Source of the DNA: an uncultured Candidatus Saccharibacteria bacterium
GTDB taxonomy: Bacteria; Patescibacteriota; Andersenbacteria; UBA10190
Length of the DNA stretch: 64,000 bases
Assembly (NCBI GenBank): GCA_964610055.1
Contig: CAZSUC010000002.1
Span: 82,283 to 146,282 of the forward strand
Reading direction: 5' to 3'
A program made the position numbers and the translations under genes. Every line of letters starts with the position of its first letter. Positions within the stretch are counted from its first letter, which is position 1. The notes below the pieces were generated by a model. It was not told the DNA's origin and searched no databases. It worked only from the letters and a program-made list of their open reading frames with translations. This document shows, piece by piece, positions 1 to 9,805 of this stretch.

Positions 1-2300
1 GACAAGAGACAGCTGACCGATTAGGTCGGATGATTATTCAAAAATTAGAAGAGCAAGCAACGGTTGGTTTGGTTTCTGATGTTGAAAGAGTGCAAGACTT
101 GGTTGAGTTGGTTTTGATTGAAGAAGGGTTAGCTCGCACAGTGAAGTCATATATTTTGTATCGAGAAGAACATCGTCGAGTACGAGAAGCGCAAAAAGGA
201 ATTTTGGGCGGAAAAACAACAAAATTGCCCTTTTCTTTGAATGCTTTACAAGTGGTAGCGAAAAGGTATTTACGTCAGGATGAAAATGGGATTCCATCGG
301 AAACGCCGGAAGAGATGTTTCGACGGGTGGCTGATAGCTTGGCGCGAGTAGAGGAGCGATATGGGAAGAGCGGAGAAGAAATAGGGGAATGGTCAGACAG
401 ATTTTATGAAGCTCTGAGTCGTTTTGAGTTTACTCCGGCTGGTCGGACGGTAACGAATGCCGGAGCTGATACGCCAGTTGTGGCAAACTGTATCGTGTTG
501 CATTTTCAAGACAGCATGGAGGGGATTTTTGAGACTTTGAAAGAGGCGACTTTGTTACAGCAACAGGGATCTGGGTTAGGATTTGCGTTTCATTTGTTAC
601 GTCCCGCTGGGATTAGAGCAAAACGTACTCAGGGAAGAGCGTCAGGACCAGTGTCTTTCTTGCAAGTGTATAACACGGCTTTCGGTATTATTCAGCAGCA
701 AAATCGGCATGGAGCAAATATGGCAGTAATGCGAGTTGATCATCCGGATATTTTAGATTTCTTGCACTGTAAGGAGACAGAAGGAACATTGGTAAACTTT
801 AATATTTCGGTAGGGTTAACAGATCGGTTTATGGAGGCGGTGGAAAAGGATGCGAGTGAGCCGTGGATGTGTGAATGGAATGGAGTCAGAATGTATCCGC
901 GTCGGGTCAAAAGAAGTGCCCGGGGGGTGGTGGAGGAAATTATTGAAGAAAAAATGACAGCACGAGAATTATTTGATGAAATTATTTCTGCAGCTTGGAA
1001 TAACGGTGAACCGGGAGCAGTGTTCTTGGACGAAGTAAACCGAACTAACCCGGTGCCAGATTTGGGGCAGATTGAGACATGTAATCCGTGTGGCGAGCAG
1101 TTTTTGCACGATGGGGATGTGTGTAATTTAGGTTCGATTAATTTAGCGCAGTTTGCGGAAAGGGGAGAATTAAAAGAAGAGCGTTTGCGAGAAGTAACTC
1201 GATTAGCTGTGCGCATGTTGGATAATGTGATTGATTCTTATGGATTTGCGGTGGAGCGAGTGCAGCGTACAGCAACCGGTAACCGTCGTATTGGATTGGG
1301 CGTTATGGGATTTGCTGATTTGTTATATCAAATGAAGATTGGATATAATACGCCGGAAGGATTTGCGATGGCAGAAAGAGTAATGGGAATTATTCAAGAG
1401 GAGTCGCATCGGACTAGTCAAAAACTAGCGGAAGAAAAAGGAATATTTGCTAATTGGGACAAGTCGGTTTATGCCAAGCAGGGAGTTAAGATGCGTAATG
1501 CGGCTTTAACGACAGTTGCTCCGACAGGTACGATCTCAATGATGTTAGATGCTTCTGGTGGAGTTGAGCCGTTTTTTGCCTTGGCGTATCACTATAAAGG
1601 GATTCTGGGGGGGCATGTGAGCTTGAACTATGTTAATAAATATTTGGAACAAGAATTAAAAACGCGAGGACTGTACACAGAAGCATTGATTGAAAGAATT
1701 ATTGAAGAGGGTTCATTGCAGAATATTGATGAAATTCCAGCAGATATGAAGCGGGTGTATGTCACGGCGATGGATATTGCCGCTCAAGATCATATTAAGA
1801 TGCAAGCGGCGTTTCAACGACATGTTGATAATTCGATCTCTAAGACATGTAATTTTACATATGATGCGACTCATGAGGATGTGCGGGATGGTTATCTAAT
1901 GGCTTGGAGGCTAGGGTGCAAGGGGCTGACGGTTTATCGTGATGGTAGTCGTGAGGAGCAAGTGTTGAATTTGAACAAGACGAAGAAAAAAGAATTGCCG
2001 AGTGAGCCTGAAATGAAGCCAAGCGCGGAAAGTAGCGTAGTGGCGCCGCAACCACAACCAGTGATCATGCAAACTGAACCGCAGCCAGCGGTGCCGGTAG
2101 CTGCGGGTCAAACGATGATGGCGCAAGCACCAATGGTTGCCTCGACGGGAATAATGACTGCGACTTTGGAAAAAGCCAAAGAGATGTCCGCAAAGGAAAA
2201 GATAGCAGCCGGAATTTGTCCGGAATGTGACGGTACTTTAAGGCCAAGTGAAGGTTGTACGAGCTGTCCGAGTTGTGGGTGGGCATTATGTACTTTATAG
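1..2300 (+). CDS. nrdJ: Ribonucleotide reductase, class II (adenosylcobalamin-dependent) large subunit; 5' end lies outside the window
   Basis: The frame stays open to base 1, and the first residues (VERVQDLVELVLIEEGLARTVKSYILYREEHRR) look like the second half of an ATP-cone, so the true start is upstream. It carries the NPCGEQ active-site motif. The C-terminus has a P/Q-rich linker followed by a CPECDG...CTSCPSCG zinc ribbon, which is typical of NrdJ. Confidence 0.85.
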   Translation, partial: QETADRLGRMIIQKLEEQATVGLVSDVERVQDLVELVLIEEGLARTVKSYILYREEHRRVREAQKGILGGKTTKLPFSLNALQVVAKRYLRQDENGIPSETPEEMFRRVADSLARVEERYGKSGEEIGEWSDRFYEALSRFEFTPAGRTVTNAGADTPVVANCIVLHFQDSMEGIFETLKEATLLQQQGSGLGFAFHLLRPAGIRAKRTQGRASGPVSFLQVYNTAFGIIQQQNRHGANMAVMRVDHPDILDFLHCKETEGTLVNFNISVGLTDRFMEAVEKDASEPWMCEWNGVRMYPRRVKRSARGVVEEIIEEKMTARELFDEIISAAWNNGEPGAVFLDEVNRTNPVPDLGQIETCNPCGEQFLHDGDVCNLGSINLAQFAERGELKEERLREVTRLAVRMLDNVIDSYGFAVERVQRTATGNRRIGLGVMGFADLLYQMKIGYNTPEGFAMAERVMGIIQEESHRTSQKLAEEKGIFANWDKSVYAKQGVKMRNAALTTVAPTGTISMMLDASGGVEPFFALAYHYKGILGGHVSLNYVNKYLEQELKTRGLYTEALIERIIEEGSLQNIDEIPADMKRVYVTAMDIAAQDHIKMQAAFQRHVDNSISKTCNFTYDATHEDVRDGYLMAWRLGCKGLTVYRDGSREEQVLNLNKTKKKELPSEPEMKPSAESSVVAPQPQPVIMQTEPQPAVPVAAGQTMMAQAPMVASTGIMTATLEKAKEMSAKEKIAAGICPECDGTLRPSEGCTSCPSCGWALCTL

Positions 2301-2366
2301 GAATAACGGAAGCACGTATAATTTTAGAGTATGATTTGTGAACGGAAGGAGGTGGCGTAAGAACAT

Positions 2367-2582
2367 ATGGAAAAAAGTGATAGTTTGCATTTATGGGCGG
2401 CGGTATTGTTGCTGGTAGGAGGATTGGTACATTTAATTCCGAGTGTATATAACGCGTTAGCAGCTTTAACTGACGGAACTCCGTGGGTTCAGATTGTTGT
2501 CGGTGCGTTATCAGTTGTAGTGGCTCTAGTTATGTTTGCCGGTGACAAGCAAGAAGGAATAAAGAAATCAGAGCTAAAATAG
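2367..2582 (+). CDS. small hypothetical membrane protein (two predicted TM helices)
   Basis: 71-aa ORF with hydrophobic segments and an SD-like GGAGG upstream. No motif was recognised. Confidence 0.35.
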   Translation: MEKSDSLHLWAAVLLLVGGLVHLIPSVYNALAALTDGTPWVQIVVGALSVVVALVMFAGDKQEGIKKSELK

Positions 2583-2586
2583 TGGC

Positions 2587-3234
2587 ATGAATACAGAAGA
2601 ACTAAGCAATAATCAACATTCCTGGTCGGCGCGAGAGGAGTGGTGGCTAGGGTCAACATGGCATCGGTTTTTTGTGCGTCAGCGAGTATCGCGATTTTTA
2701 GAGTTGTGTCCAGAACCTTTTCGAGGAGAAGTTTTAGAAGTAGGGGCAGGGAAAGGTTGGACATCGCGACGTATTTTAGAGATATATCCGCAGGTAGAAC
2801 TAACTGCAACCGATATTAATGAAAAATCGGTAGAAGCGTTTCGAGATATGCGCAAGCAGTATGGTCGTCGATTATATGTAAAAAAAGCGGATGTGAGAAA
2901 GTTACCGTTTGATCGTTCGTCATTTGATATCGTGATTGCTGATCATGTGTTGCACTATGTGCAGGATTATAATCAAGCCTTGCAACAATTATTGCGTGTA
3001 TTACGGCCGGGTGGATTATTAGGAATAATTGGAAGTGAAAGACTGGGTGGAGCAAGTATGTCTCGTTGGTTGTGGCCGTCAGCAGGTAAATTGCCGCGGG
3101 CTGAATTGTTGAGCGATTTAACCCAAGAGAGTTGTACGATTTTGGCTGATAAAAAAAGAGGGCCGGAGTATTATTTATGGGTACGTAAATCATATCCGGT
3201 AGAAACTGAGGAAGAAAGATCGGGGCGAGCTTGA
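2587..3234 (+). CDS. class I SAM-dependent methyltransferase
   Basis: Motif I LEVGAGKGW, an acidic residue after beta-2 (TATDIN), and post-I VIADHVLHYV...LRPGGLL. This is the Methyltransf_11/12-type architecture. Confidence 0.8.
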   Translation: MNTEELSNNQHSWSAREEWWLGSTWHRFFVRQRVSRFLELCPEPFRGEVLEVGAGKGWTSRRILEIYPQVELTATDINEKSVEAFRDMRKQYGRRLYVKKADVRKLPFDRSSFDIVIADHVLHYVQDYNQALQQLLRVLRPGGLLGIIGSERLGGASMSRWLWPSAGKLPRAELLSDLTQESCTILADKKRGPEYYLWVRKSYPVETEEERSGRA

Positions 3235-3266
3235 CTGAGTTTGAAATCTGGGTACAGTGAAGGGCT

Positions 3267-4742
3267 ATGCAAATTAAGATTTTGCCAGTTAAGGCATCTT
3301 TGAAAGAGACTGAACTTAGTCTTTTTTTAATTAATATTGATCAAACACAGGGGCTAACGGAAGGATTGGAGATAAGAAAAGAACTAGCAAAATTAATTGA
3401 TCAATTACCAGATAAATTAACGGCTGGAGATAGTCACGTATTTTGGCAACAAAAAATCGGTGTAATCGGAGTAAATTGTAGCGATTCAGTAGTACGTCAG
3501 AATGAATGGGTGCGTAGAGGAATAGCTCAAGTGATCAGTCAGGTTCGCGCGTTTGGAATCCAAAAATTGACAATAGATTTGTCTGGTTGGAAAAGTGAGG
3601 ATGGCGCGAGGGTGGTAGCAGAAAGTTTGTGGTTGAGTCACTATACTTTTACGCAATTTTCAAATAAAGCACGAAAAGAGCATGAGAATCAGCGTATTAA
3701 AGAAGTGGGGATATATGTACCCGAGGATAAGGTATCTGCAGACCGAAAGAAGGTTAAAGAAGCGGAGAAAGTAATTAAAACGGTAGCCGAGGTACGTGAT
3801 TTGGTGAACTTGCCAGCAAATGAGATGTCTCCAAAAAAATTAGTACAGGTTGCACGAGAAATGGGGAAAAAGTATACCAATATCAAAGTTCAAATTTGGG
3901 ATAAAACAAGGATTAAGAAGGAAAAGATGCGCGCGTTTTTAGCGGTTTCGCAAGGTTCGGCTGAAGCGCCGTATGTGATTCGTTTGTCATATAAGCCAAA
4001 AGGAGCGCAGGTTAAATTAGCAGTTGTAGGGAAGGGCATTACTTTTGATTCAGGCGGATTAAGTATAAAACCAGCGGATTATATGCATGCTATGAAAATG
4101 GATATGGCGGGAGCGGCAGCCGTGATTGGTTTGTTTAAGATTTTAGGTGAAATGGGAGCGTTGATTGAGGTGCAAGGATACATTGCGGCGTGTGAGAATA
4201 TGCCGTCTGGAACGGCGTATCGACCAGGAGATGTAATTAAGAGTCGAAGCGGAAAAACAATTGAGATTAAAGATACGGACGCGGAAGGAAGAGTAACGTT
4301 AGCTGACATGCTGGATGTAGCGGTATCAGATCATCCGGATGCAATTATCGATATAGCAACTTTAACGGGAGCGTGTATGGTTGGTTTAGGTGAATCGGTA
4401 GCCGGCATGATGGGAAATGATTCAGGGTTGATGGAGCGAGTAGTGAAGGCATCTGAGCAAACAGGAGAACAAGTAGCGACATTGCCTTTGCCGTTAGAAT
4501 ATCGCAAGGATATTGAAAGTAAGGTGGCTGATATATGTAATTTATCAGCGGTAGCCTATGGCGGAGCGTTAACGGCAGGATTATTTTTACAGGAATTTGT
4601 TAAAGAGAAGCCATGGGTACATTTGGATATTGCGGGGCCAGCTTACATGGAGCGGGCAACATTGATTCCGTATTACACAGAAGGAGCGACAGGTTTTGGA
4701 ACGCGATTACTGTGGGAGGTTGTGCGAAGGTGGCGAAAATAA
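3267..4742 (+). CDS. pepA: leucyl aminopeptidase, M17 family
   Basis: VGKGITFDSGGLSIKP and NTDAEGRVTLAD signature motifs, and a length of 491 aa. Confidence 0.9.
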   Translation: MQIKILPVKASLKETELSLFLINIDQTQGLTEGLEIRKELAKLIDQLPDKLTAGDSHVFWQQKIGVIGVNCSDSVVRQNEWVRRGIAQVISQVRAFGIQKLTIDLSGWKSEDGARVVAESLWLSHYTFTQFSNKARKEHENQRIKEVGIYVPEDKVSADRKKVKEAEKVIKTVAEVRDLVNLPANEMSPKKLVQVAREMGKKYTNIKVQIWDKTRIKKEKMRAFLAVSQGSAEAPYVIRLSYKPKGAQVKLAVVGKGITFDSGGLSIKPADYMHAMKMDMAGAAAVIGLFKILGEMGALIEVQGYIAACENMPSGTAYRPGDVIKSRSGKTIEIKDTDAEGRVTLADMLDVAVSDHPDAIIDIATLTGACMVGLGESVAGMMGNDSGLMERVVKASEQTGEQVATLPLPLEYRKDIESKVADICNLSAVAYGGALTAGLFLQEFVKEKPWVHLDIAGPAYMERATLIPYYTEGATGFGTRLLWEVVRRWRK

Positions 4743-4755
4743 GGAAAAAGAGTTT

Positions 4756-5229
4756 CTAAATATTGTCGAGCAGTGAAGGAGTCCAAGTAGGGTAATCAGT
4801 TTGATCTTCATTGTCGTGATCAGTTTGATCGTAATAGAAAGACAAGTTGTTAGTTTCGTCAGCGGTGACAAGTGTGATCGAAACTTTTAGATCATGACCA
4901 GAGTCGGTTTCGGCGGGGATAATAGTGATTGTGTGTAGTTGATCGGATTTGGTGGCGTAATAGGAGCGCATAGGGATAATAAGAAGTCGGTTCAAATAGT
5001 CTTGGGTGGTGTCAATTTCTGAAGCAATACGAATATCGGGCTCAAGACCAAGATTTAAGCTTTGAGTAGGAGCGGGAGTAATAGCAGCCGGTAAGACTTT
5101 GTTGGTATTTAGGGAAGCAAGCTGGCCGGTTTGAAATAGTTTCCAGGTAATCCAAATAGCGGCGAGAGCAGCGATGAAAAAGCAGCACAGGGCGAGAGTA
5201 AAGAAAGAAATGAAACCATGACGAGACAT
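4756..5229 (-). CDS. hypothetical membrane-anchored protein
   Basis: N-terminal TM helix (FFTLALCCFFIAALAAIWITW). No recognised domain. Confidence 0.35.
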   Translation of the reverse strand: MSRHGFISFFTLALCCFFIAALAAIWITWKLFQTGQLASLNTNKVLPAAITPAPTQSLNLGLEPDIRIASEIDTTQDYLNRLLIIPMRSYYATKSDQLHTITIIPAETDSGHDLKVSITLVTADETNNLSFYYDQTDHDNEDQTDYPTWTPSLLDNI

Positions 5230-5238
5230 AGGCTGAAA

Positions 5239-6048
5239 TTAGTGATGGATAAGACGAAATAATCCAGAGAGAACAAAAAGAAAAGCAGATGTAAGAATAA
5301 TAGTGGGTCCAGAAGGAAGATTAAGAAAGGCACTGCAGATTAGACCAAATATAATAGCAATAATATTGACAATGACACTAATAACAAACATGCCAGCTAA
5401 ATTGCGAGAGAGGTTCTGAGCAGTGGCGGCTGGAATGATTAATAAAGCGGTAACTAAAATAATACCGACGAGTTTGATAGCAAGAGCGATGGTACCAGCT
5501 AAGGAAACTAAGAAGATGGTTTCATATAGATTAGCTCGTAATCCTTCGGCGCGAGCGAGGGATTCATCAAAACTAAGGGCAACCATTGGTTTGCCGATGA
5601 AGTATAAAATAATAAGGATCGCAAGAGATAAAATGGCGCTGAGGGTGACGTCGGTGGAAGTAATTGCCAAAATGTCACCGAATAGAAAGGCAATAAGATC
5701 GGATTGATAGCCGGGTGATAGTTGGACCAAAATAACTCCCAGAGCCATGGCAGTCGGGAAAGCGACGCCAAGGAGGGTATCGATTTGAATTTTTGAGCGG
5801 ATGCGTGCGGCGGAGATGAGGCCAGCAATAACTAAAGAGAAAGCAAAAGCCCCGAGGAAAGGATTAAAATTAAACAGAATACCTAGAGCGATACCGGTTA
5901 AAGCAGAATGACCAAGGGCATCCGAAAAGAAAGCCAGGCGACGTAAGACGACCAGAACGCCAAGAAAGGACATGGTTATACCGAGCATAAGTCCGGCTAG
6001 CAGAGCGCGTTGAAAAAAAGGCGATAAAATGAGATCAGTGATGGTCAT
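5239..6048 (-). CDS. znuB: metal (Zn/Mn) ABC transporter permease, ABC-3 family
   Basis: Polytopic membrane protein with ZnuB/MntB-like composition. Its start overlaps the stop of the upstream ATPase gene. Confidence 0.8.
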   Translation of the reverse strand: MTITDLILSPFFQRALLAGLMLGITMSFLGVLVVLRRLAFFSDALGHSALTGIALGILFNFNPFLGAFAFSLVIAGLISAARIRSKIQIDTLLGVAFPTAMALGVILVQLSPGYQSDLIAFLFGDILAITSTDVTLSAILSLAILIILYFIGKPMVALSFDESLARAEGLRANLYETIFLVSLAGTIALAIKLVGIILVTALLIIPAATAQNLSRNLAGMFVISVIVNIIAIIFGLICSAFLNLPSGPTIILTSAFLFVLSGLFRLIHH

Positions 6049-6796
6049 AGTGGTCGTGATTCATATGAACATGATGAGCGACAGGGGTGCCATACATTTG
6101 CTCTAAGACGTCATCGGACAGGACTTGATGGGGAGCCCCGGTGCAAAAAAGTTTTTGATTAAGACAAATGACTTGGGTGGCGAAACGAACAACAACATCA
6201 AGTTCATGACTAACTAAAACTAAAGTAAGATGATGTTCGGATTGGAGGCGAGCCAAGAGATTGTAGACGGTTTCTTGTCCTTGAACATCAACTCCGGAGA
6301 CGGGTTCATCCATAAGAATGAGACGTGGAGAATCCATTAAACTGTAAGCAATCAAGACGCGTTGTAACTGTCCGCCGGATAACGAGGATAAAGGAGCGGG
6401 AAGAAAATCAAGCATGGCCACCTCGTTCAGAAGATGTTTGGCTCGTGATAGTTCGTCTGGCTTAAGTCCGAGTCTGCGGCGTGATTTCAGGGAAAACAGA
6501 CCCTGAACGGTTAAGGGGAAATTATCCGGAAAATTCAGTCTTTGAGGGATGTAGGAGAGTAGAGGTGCAACAGCGGAAAAATTTTCATGGGGAATGCCAA
6601 AAATTTGAATCTTACCGGAGCGCTTAGGATTTAGCCGCAAGATGGTTTTTAAGAGGACTGATTTGCCGGCTCCGTTAGGGCCAATCACAGCAGCAGTTTC
6701 GCCAGTATTAACGGTTAAAGAAATATCGTTTAAGATCTGGTGGTTATTAAGAACCACTGAAAGCTGGTCGATAGATAGGGCGGGTGAGTTAGTCAT
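6035..6796 (-). CDS. znuC: metal ABC transporter ATP-binding protein
   Basis: Walker A GPNGAGKS, ABC signature LSGGQLQRV, and a His-rich C-terminal tail (HHVHMNHDHYDHH) typical of metal-sensing ZnuC/MntA. Confidence 0.85.
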   Translation of the reverse strand: MTNSPALSIDQLSVVLNNHQILNDISLTVNTGETAAVIGPNGAGKSVLLKTILRLNPKRSGKIQIFGIPHENFSAVAPLLSYIPQRLNFPDNFPLTVQGLFSLKSRRRLGLKPDELSRAKHLLNEVAMLDFLPAPLSSLSGGQLQRVLIAYSLMDSPRLILMDEPVSGVDVQGQETVYNLLARLQSEHHLTLVLVSHELDVVVRFATQVICLNQKLFCTGAPHQVLSDDVLEQMYGTPVAHHVHMNHDHYDHH

Positions 6797-6858
6797 TGGT
6801 TTTACTATATCTTTGAAAGGGGATAGTTTGCCAGAGGGTGTGATATAATAAAGTTCGT

Positions 6859-8586
6859 ATGGCTAACAATGAGGTAGTCCAGGTCGTAAAAGTACTGCTT
6901 GAAGCAGGCAGATTAAATGAAGAGCAAGCCAAAACGGCTGAGGCGGCAATTGGTGGTGGTCGAGGTGGGTATGACGTATTAGTCGGAGGGCAGTTGGTTG
7001 ATGAGGAGGCATACACTCAGGCTGTGGCACAAGTATTACAGGTACCATATATTTCGTTAAAAGGAGTTGCGATTTCTCGAGATGTGTTAAACGTGATTCC
7101 AGAATCAACTGCACGGGAACATTCAATTGTTGCTTATGAACAAGATGAAAGCAGCTTAAAAGTAGCAATGTTGGATCCGAGTGATCGTCAGATTGTGGAA
7201 TTTATACATAAAAAAGTAGATCAGCCAGTAACAGTAGCACTGGCAAGTGCTACGAGTATTAAGTGGGCGTTAGCTCAATATCGTGAAAGCTTAGAAGCGG
7301 AACTACAAAAGATACTGCAACAGTCTTCAGCTGGAATGGACGTAACGGATGATTTGAATAAAATTGCGGAAGATTTGCCGGTGGTGCGAACAGTTGACTT
7401 GATGTTGAGACACGCGATTTTACAGGGAGCGTCGGATATTCATATTGAGCCGTTAGAAGATAAGGTAGTAATTCGGTTTCGGGTGGATGGTTTGTTAAGG
7501 GATGTTCTATCGTTACCGAAAACATTTTTGGCGGGGTTGGTCGCTCGAATTAAAGTGTTAGCACATTTGAAGATTGACGAGCATCGTTTGCCTCAGGACG
7601 GCAGATTTAAAATCCAGTCTGATGATTATAAAGTGGCGTTTCGTGTGTCAGTGTTGCCAGTATACGACGGCGAAAAGTTAGTCATGCGTTTGTTGGATGA
7701 GTCGGGTAAAGGATTGGTGTTGGATTTATTAGGAATGAGACCAGATGTATTAGACGTATTTCGTCGTAATGTCCAAAAGCCTCACGGTATGATCTTAGTA
7801 ACAGGGCCAACTGGGTCTGGTAAAACTACGACTTTGTACGCCGCAATGAAGGAATTGAATGTGCCAGAGGTCAATATTAGTACGATTGAAGATCCAATTG
7901 AATATCGCATGCCAAGAGTTAACCAAACGCAGGTGAATCCTCAAATTGGATTAACTTTTGCATCGGGGTTACGAGCTTTAGTGCGTCAGGATCCGGACAT
8001 TATTATGGTTGGTGAAATTCGAGATGAAGAAACAGCCTCGTTAGCAATTAATGCTGCTTTAACAGGTCATTTGGTGCTATCTACTTTACACACTAATAGT
8101 GCATCTGGTGCATTACCGCGGTTGTTGGATATGGGGGTAGAAGCGTTCTTGGTGGCGTCGACGGCTAATTTATTGTTGGCCCAACGATTGGTGCGGCAAT
8201 TATGCAAGGATTGTCGGCAAGCAGCTAAAATTGATGAAAAAGTTTTGGCGGATGTTTTGAAGTTAGTCAGTGAAGAAAGATTAACAAGTGTTTTGCATCA
8301 GGAAGGCGTGTTAAAGGAAGGACAGAACTTGAAAGATATAGAAGTCTATCAGCCGGTGGGATGCAGTGTGTGTGGCGACGGGTATAAGGGGCGAGTTGGG
8401 ATATATGAAGTAATTGAAATGACAGATGAATTACGGGAGATGGTTTCAGAGAAAACAACTTCTCAGGATCTAGAAAACCTGGCCAAGACTCAACAGAAAA
8501 TGACCACGATGTTTGAAGATGGGTTTATAAAAGTGATGGCAGGTGAAACTTCGATTGCGGAAATCTTACGCGTAGCTAAGGAATAG
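6859..8586 (+). CDS. pilB: type IV pilus assembly ATPase (GspE/PilB family)
   Basis: N-terminal GSPII_E_N domain, Walker A GPTGSGKTTT, and a tetracysteine motif CKDC...CSVCGDG. Confidence 0.9.
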   Translation: MANNEVVQVVKVLLEAGRLNEEQAKTAEAAIGGGRGGYDVLVGGQLVDEEAYTQAVAQVLQVPYISLKGVAISRDVLNVIPESTAREHSIVAYEQDESSLKVAMLDPSDRQIVEFIHKKVDQPVTVALASATSIKWALAQYRESLEAELQKILQQSSAGMDVTDDLNKIAEDLPVVRTVDLMLRHAILQGASDIHIEPLEDKVVIRFRVDGLLRDVLSLPKTFLAGLVARIKVLAHLKIDEHRLPQDGRFKIQSDDYKVAFRVSVLPVYDGEKLVMRLLDESGKGLVLDLLGMRPDVLDVFRRNVQKPHGMILVTGPTGSGKTTTLYAAMKELNVPEVNISTIEDPIEYRMPRVNQTQVNPQIGLTFASGLRALVRQDPDIIMVGEIRDEETASLAINAALTGHLVLSTLHTNSASGALPRLLDMGVEAFLVASTANLLLAQRLVRQLCKDCRQAAKIDEKVLADVLKLVSEERLTSVLHQEGVLKEGQNLKDIEVYQPVGCSVCGDGYKGRVGIYEVIEMTDELREMVSEKTTSQDLENLAKTQQKMTTMFEDGFIKVMAGETSIAEILRVAKE

Positions 8587-8587
8587 T

Positions 8588-9805
8588 ATGTCCATTTTTG
8601 CATATCAGGGCAGAGATGAAAAAACAGGCGAGGTCGTATCGGGAATGCGAGAGGCGCCTAATCATGCGCAGCTAGGTCAAGATCTATTACAAGATGGGAT
8701 TTTATTAACTCGATATTCATTACAGAAAAAGCAGAGGCGCGGTGCGACTTTATGGGAATCGGTTTTTGAAAGAGTGCCATTGTTGGAGAAGATATTGTTT
8801 ACGCGATATTTTGCTTTGATGTTACGCGCCGGATTAGATGTTAAGCAGTCCTTACAAGCTTTGAGCGAGCAGACTAGGAATAAGTTTTTGAAAAAAGCAA
8901 TTGAGGGAATTATGCAGGCAGTTGATCGCGGGGTGGGGCTGTCAGATGCAATGAGAAATTATCCTATGTCGTTTTCTGATTTATTTATTAGTTTTGTGCG
9001 GGTAGGTGAGAGCACTGGTCGTTTGCAAGAGTCATTGTCAGTGTTATCGATTCAGATGCAGAAGGAGTATAACTTAAGGCGAGCGGTACGTGGTGGTTTG
9101 ATGTATCCCCTGGTAATTGTTGTTGTTTTAGTGGTGGTGGCGTTTGCGATGCTTGTATTTGTAGTACCGAAGTTGGCAGAAGTGTTTGAAGGGTTTGATG
9201 TAGAATTGCCATTAACAACAAGAATTTTAATAGCAGTTGGTGCTTTTTTTGAAGTGTATTGGTGGCTAGTGATTATTGGGGCAGTTATTTTAGGATCAAT
9301 TATCTGGATGTTAATGCTGGTGGATAAGGTTAAAGGCGGAGTGATGCATGCATTATTATTTATGCCAATTGTCGGTCCAATCATGAAACAAGTAAATTTA
9401 GCGCGATTCTCGCGTAATTTAAGCTCATTGCTACAGAGCGGAGTAAACTTTGTGGATGCTTTAGGAATTATGGGTGAGAATACGGCTCACCATAGTTATG
9501 CGCGAGTGTTATTAGGGGCGAGGGAGCATGTTCGGAAAGGTAAATCGTTGAGTGAATATCTGGCGGGACATGAGCGACTTTTTCCCCCGTTAGTTGTAAA
9601 TGTAGTTAAAGTTGGTGAGGAGACAGGGGCGTTAGATGAAGTGTTACGTGAGATTGCTTTGTTTTATGAAGAAGAAGTGGATCAGGTGATGAAGAATCTG
9701 ACGTCGGTAATGGAGCCAGTTTTGATGGTTGTGATTGGAATTGCAGTGGGGGCACTGGCGATTGCGGTTATCTCGCCGATTTATGGGTTGGTCAATGTTA
9801 TTTAA
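8588..9805 (+). CDS. pilC: type IV pilus platform protein (GspF/PilC family)
   Basis: Two T2SF domains and three TM segments. Its stop overlaps the start of the next gene (ATGTTATTTAA). Confidence 0.9.
   Translation: MSIFAYQGRDEKTGEVVSGMREAPNHAQLGQDLLQDGILLTRYSLQKKQRRGATLWESVFERVPLLEKILFTRYFALMLRAGLDVKQSLQALSEQTRNKFLKKAIEGIMQAVDRGVGLSDAMRNYPMSFSDLFISFVRVGESTGRLQESLSVLSIQMQKEYNLRRAVRGGLMYPLVIVVVLVVVAFAMLVFVVPKLAEVFEGFDVELPLTTRILIAVGAFFEVYWWLVIIGAVILGSIIWMLMLVDKVKGGVMHALLFMPIVGPIMKQVNLARFSRNLSSLLQSGVNFVDALGIMGENTAHHSYARVLLGAREHVRKGKSLSEYLAGHERLFPPLVVNVVKVGEETGALDEVLREIALFYEEEVDQVMKNLTSVMEPVLMVVIGIAVGALAIAVISPIYGLVNVI

Noticed and set aside
740-1216. 158-aa minus-strand ORF inside nrdJ
   Set aside because: It lies entirely antisense to a strongly supported conserved gene and has a low-complexity S/T/P composition, so it is a shadow ORF.
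8988-9384. Minus-strand ORFs (77 and 110 aa) inside pilC
   Set aside because: They are antisense shadow ORFs of pilC with Thr/Ile-rich composition from the reverse frame, and no start context.
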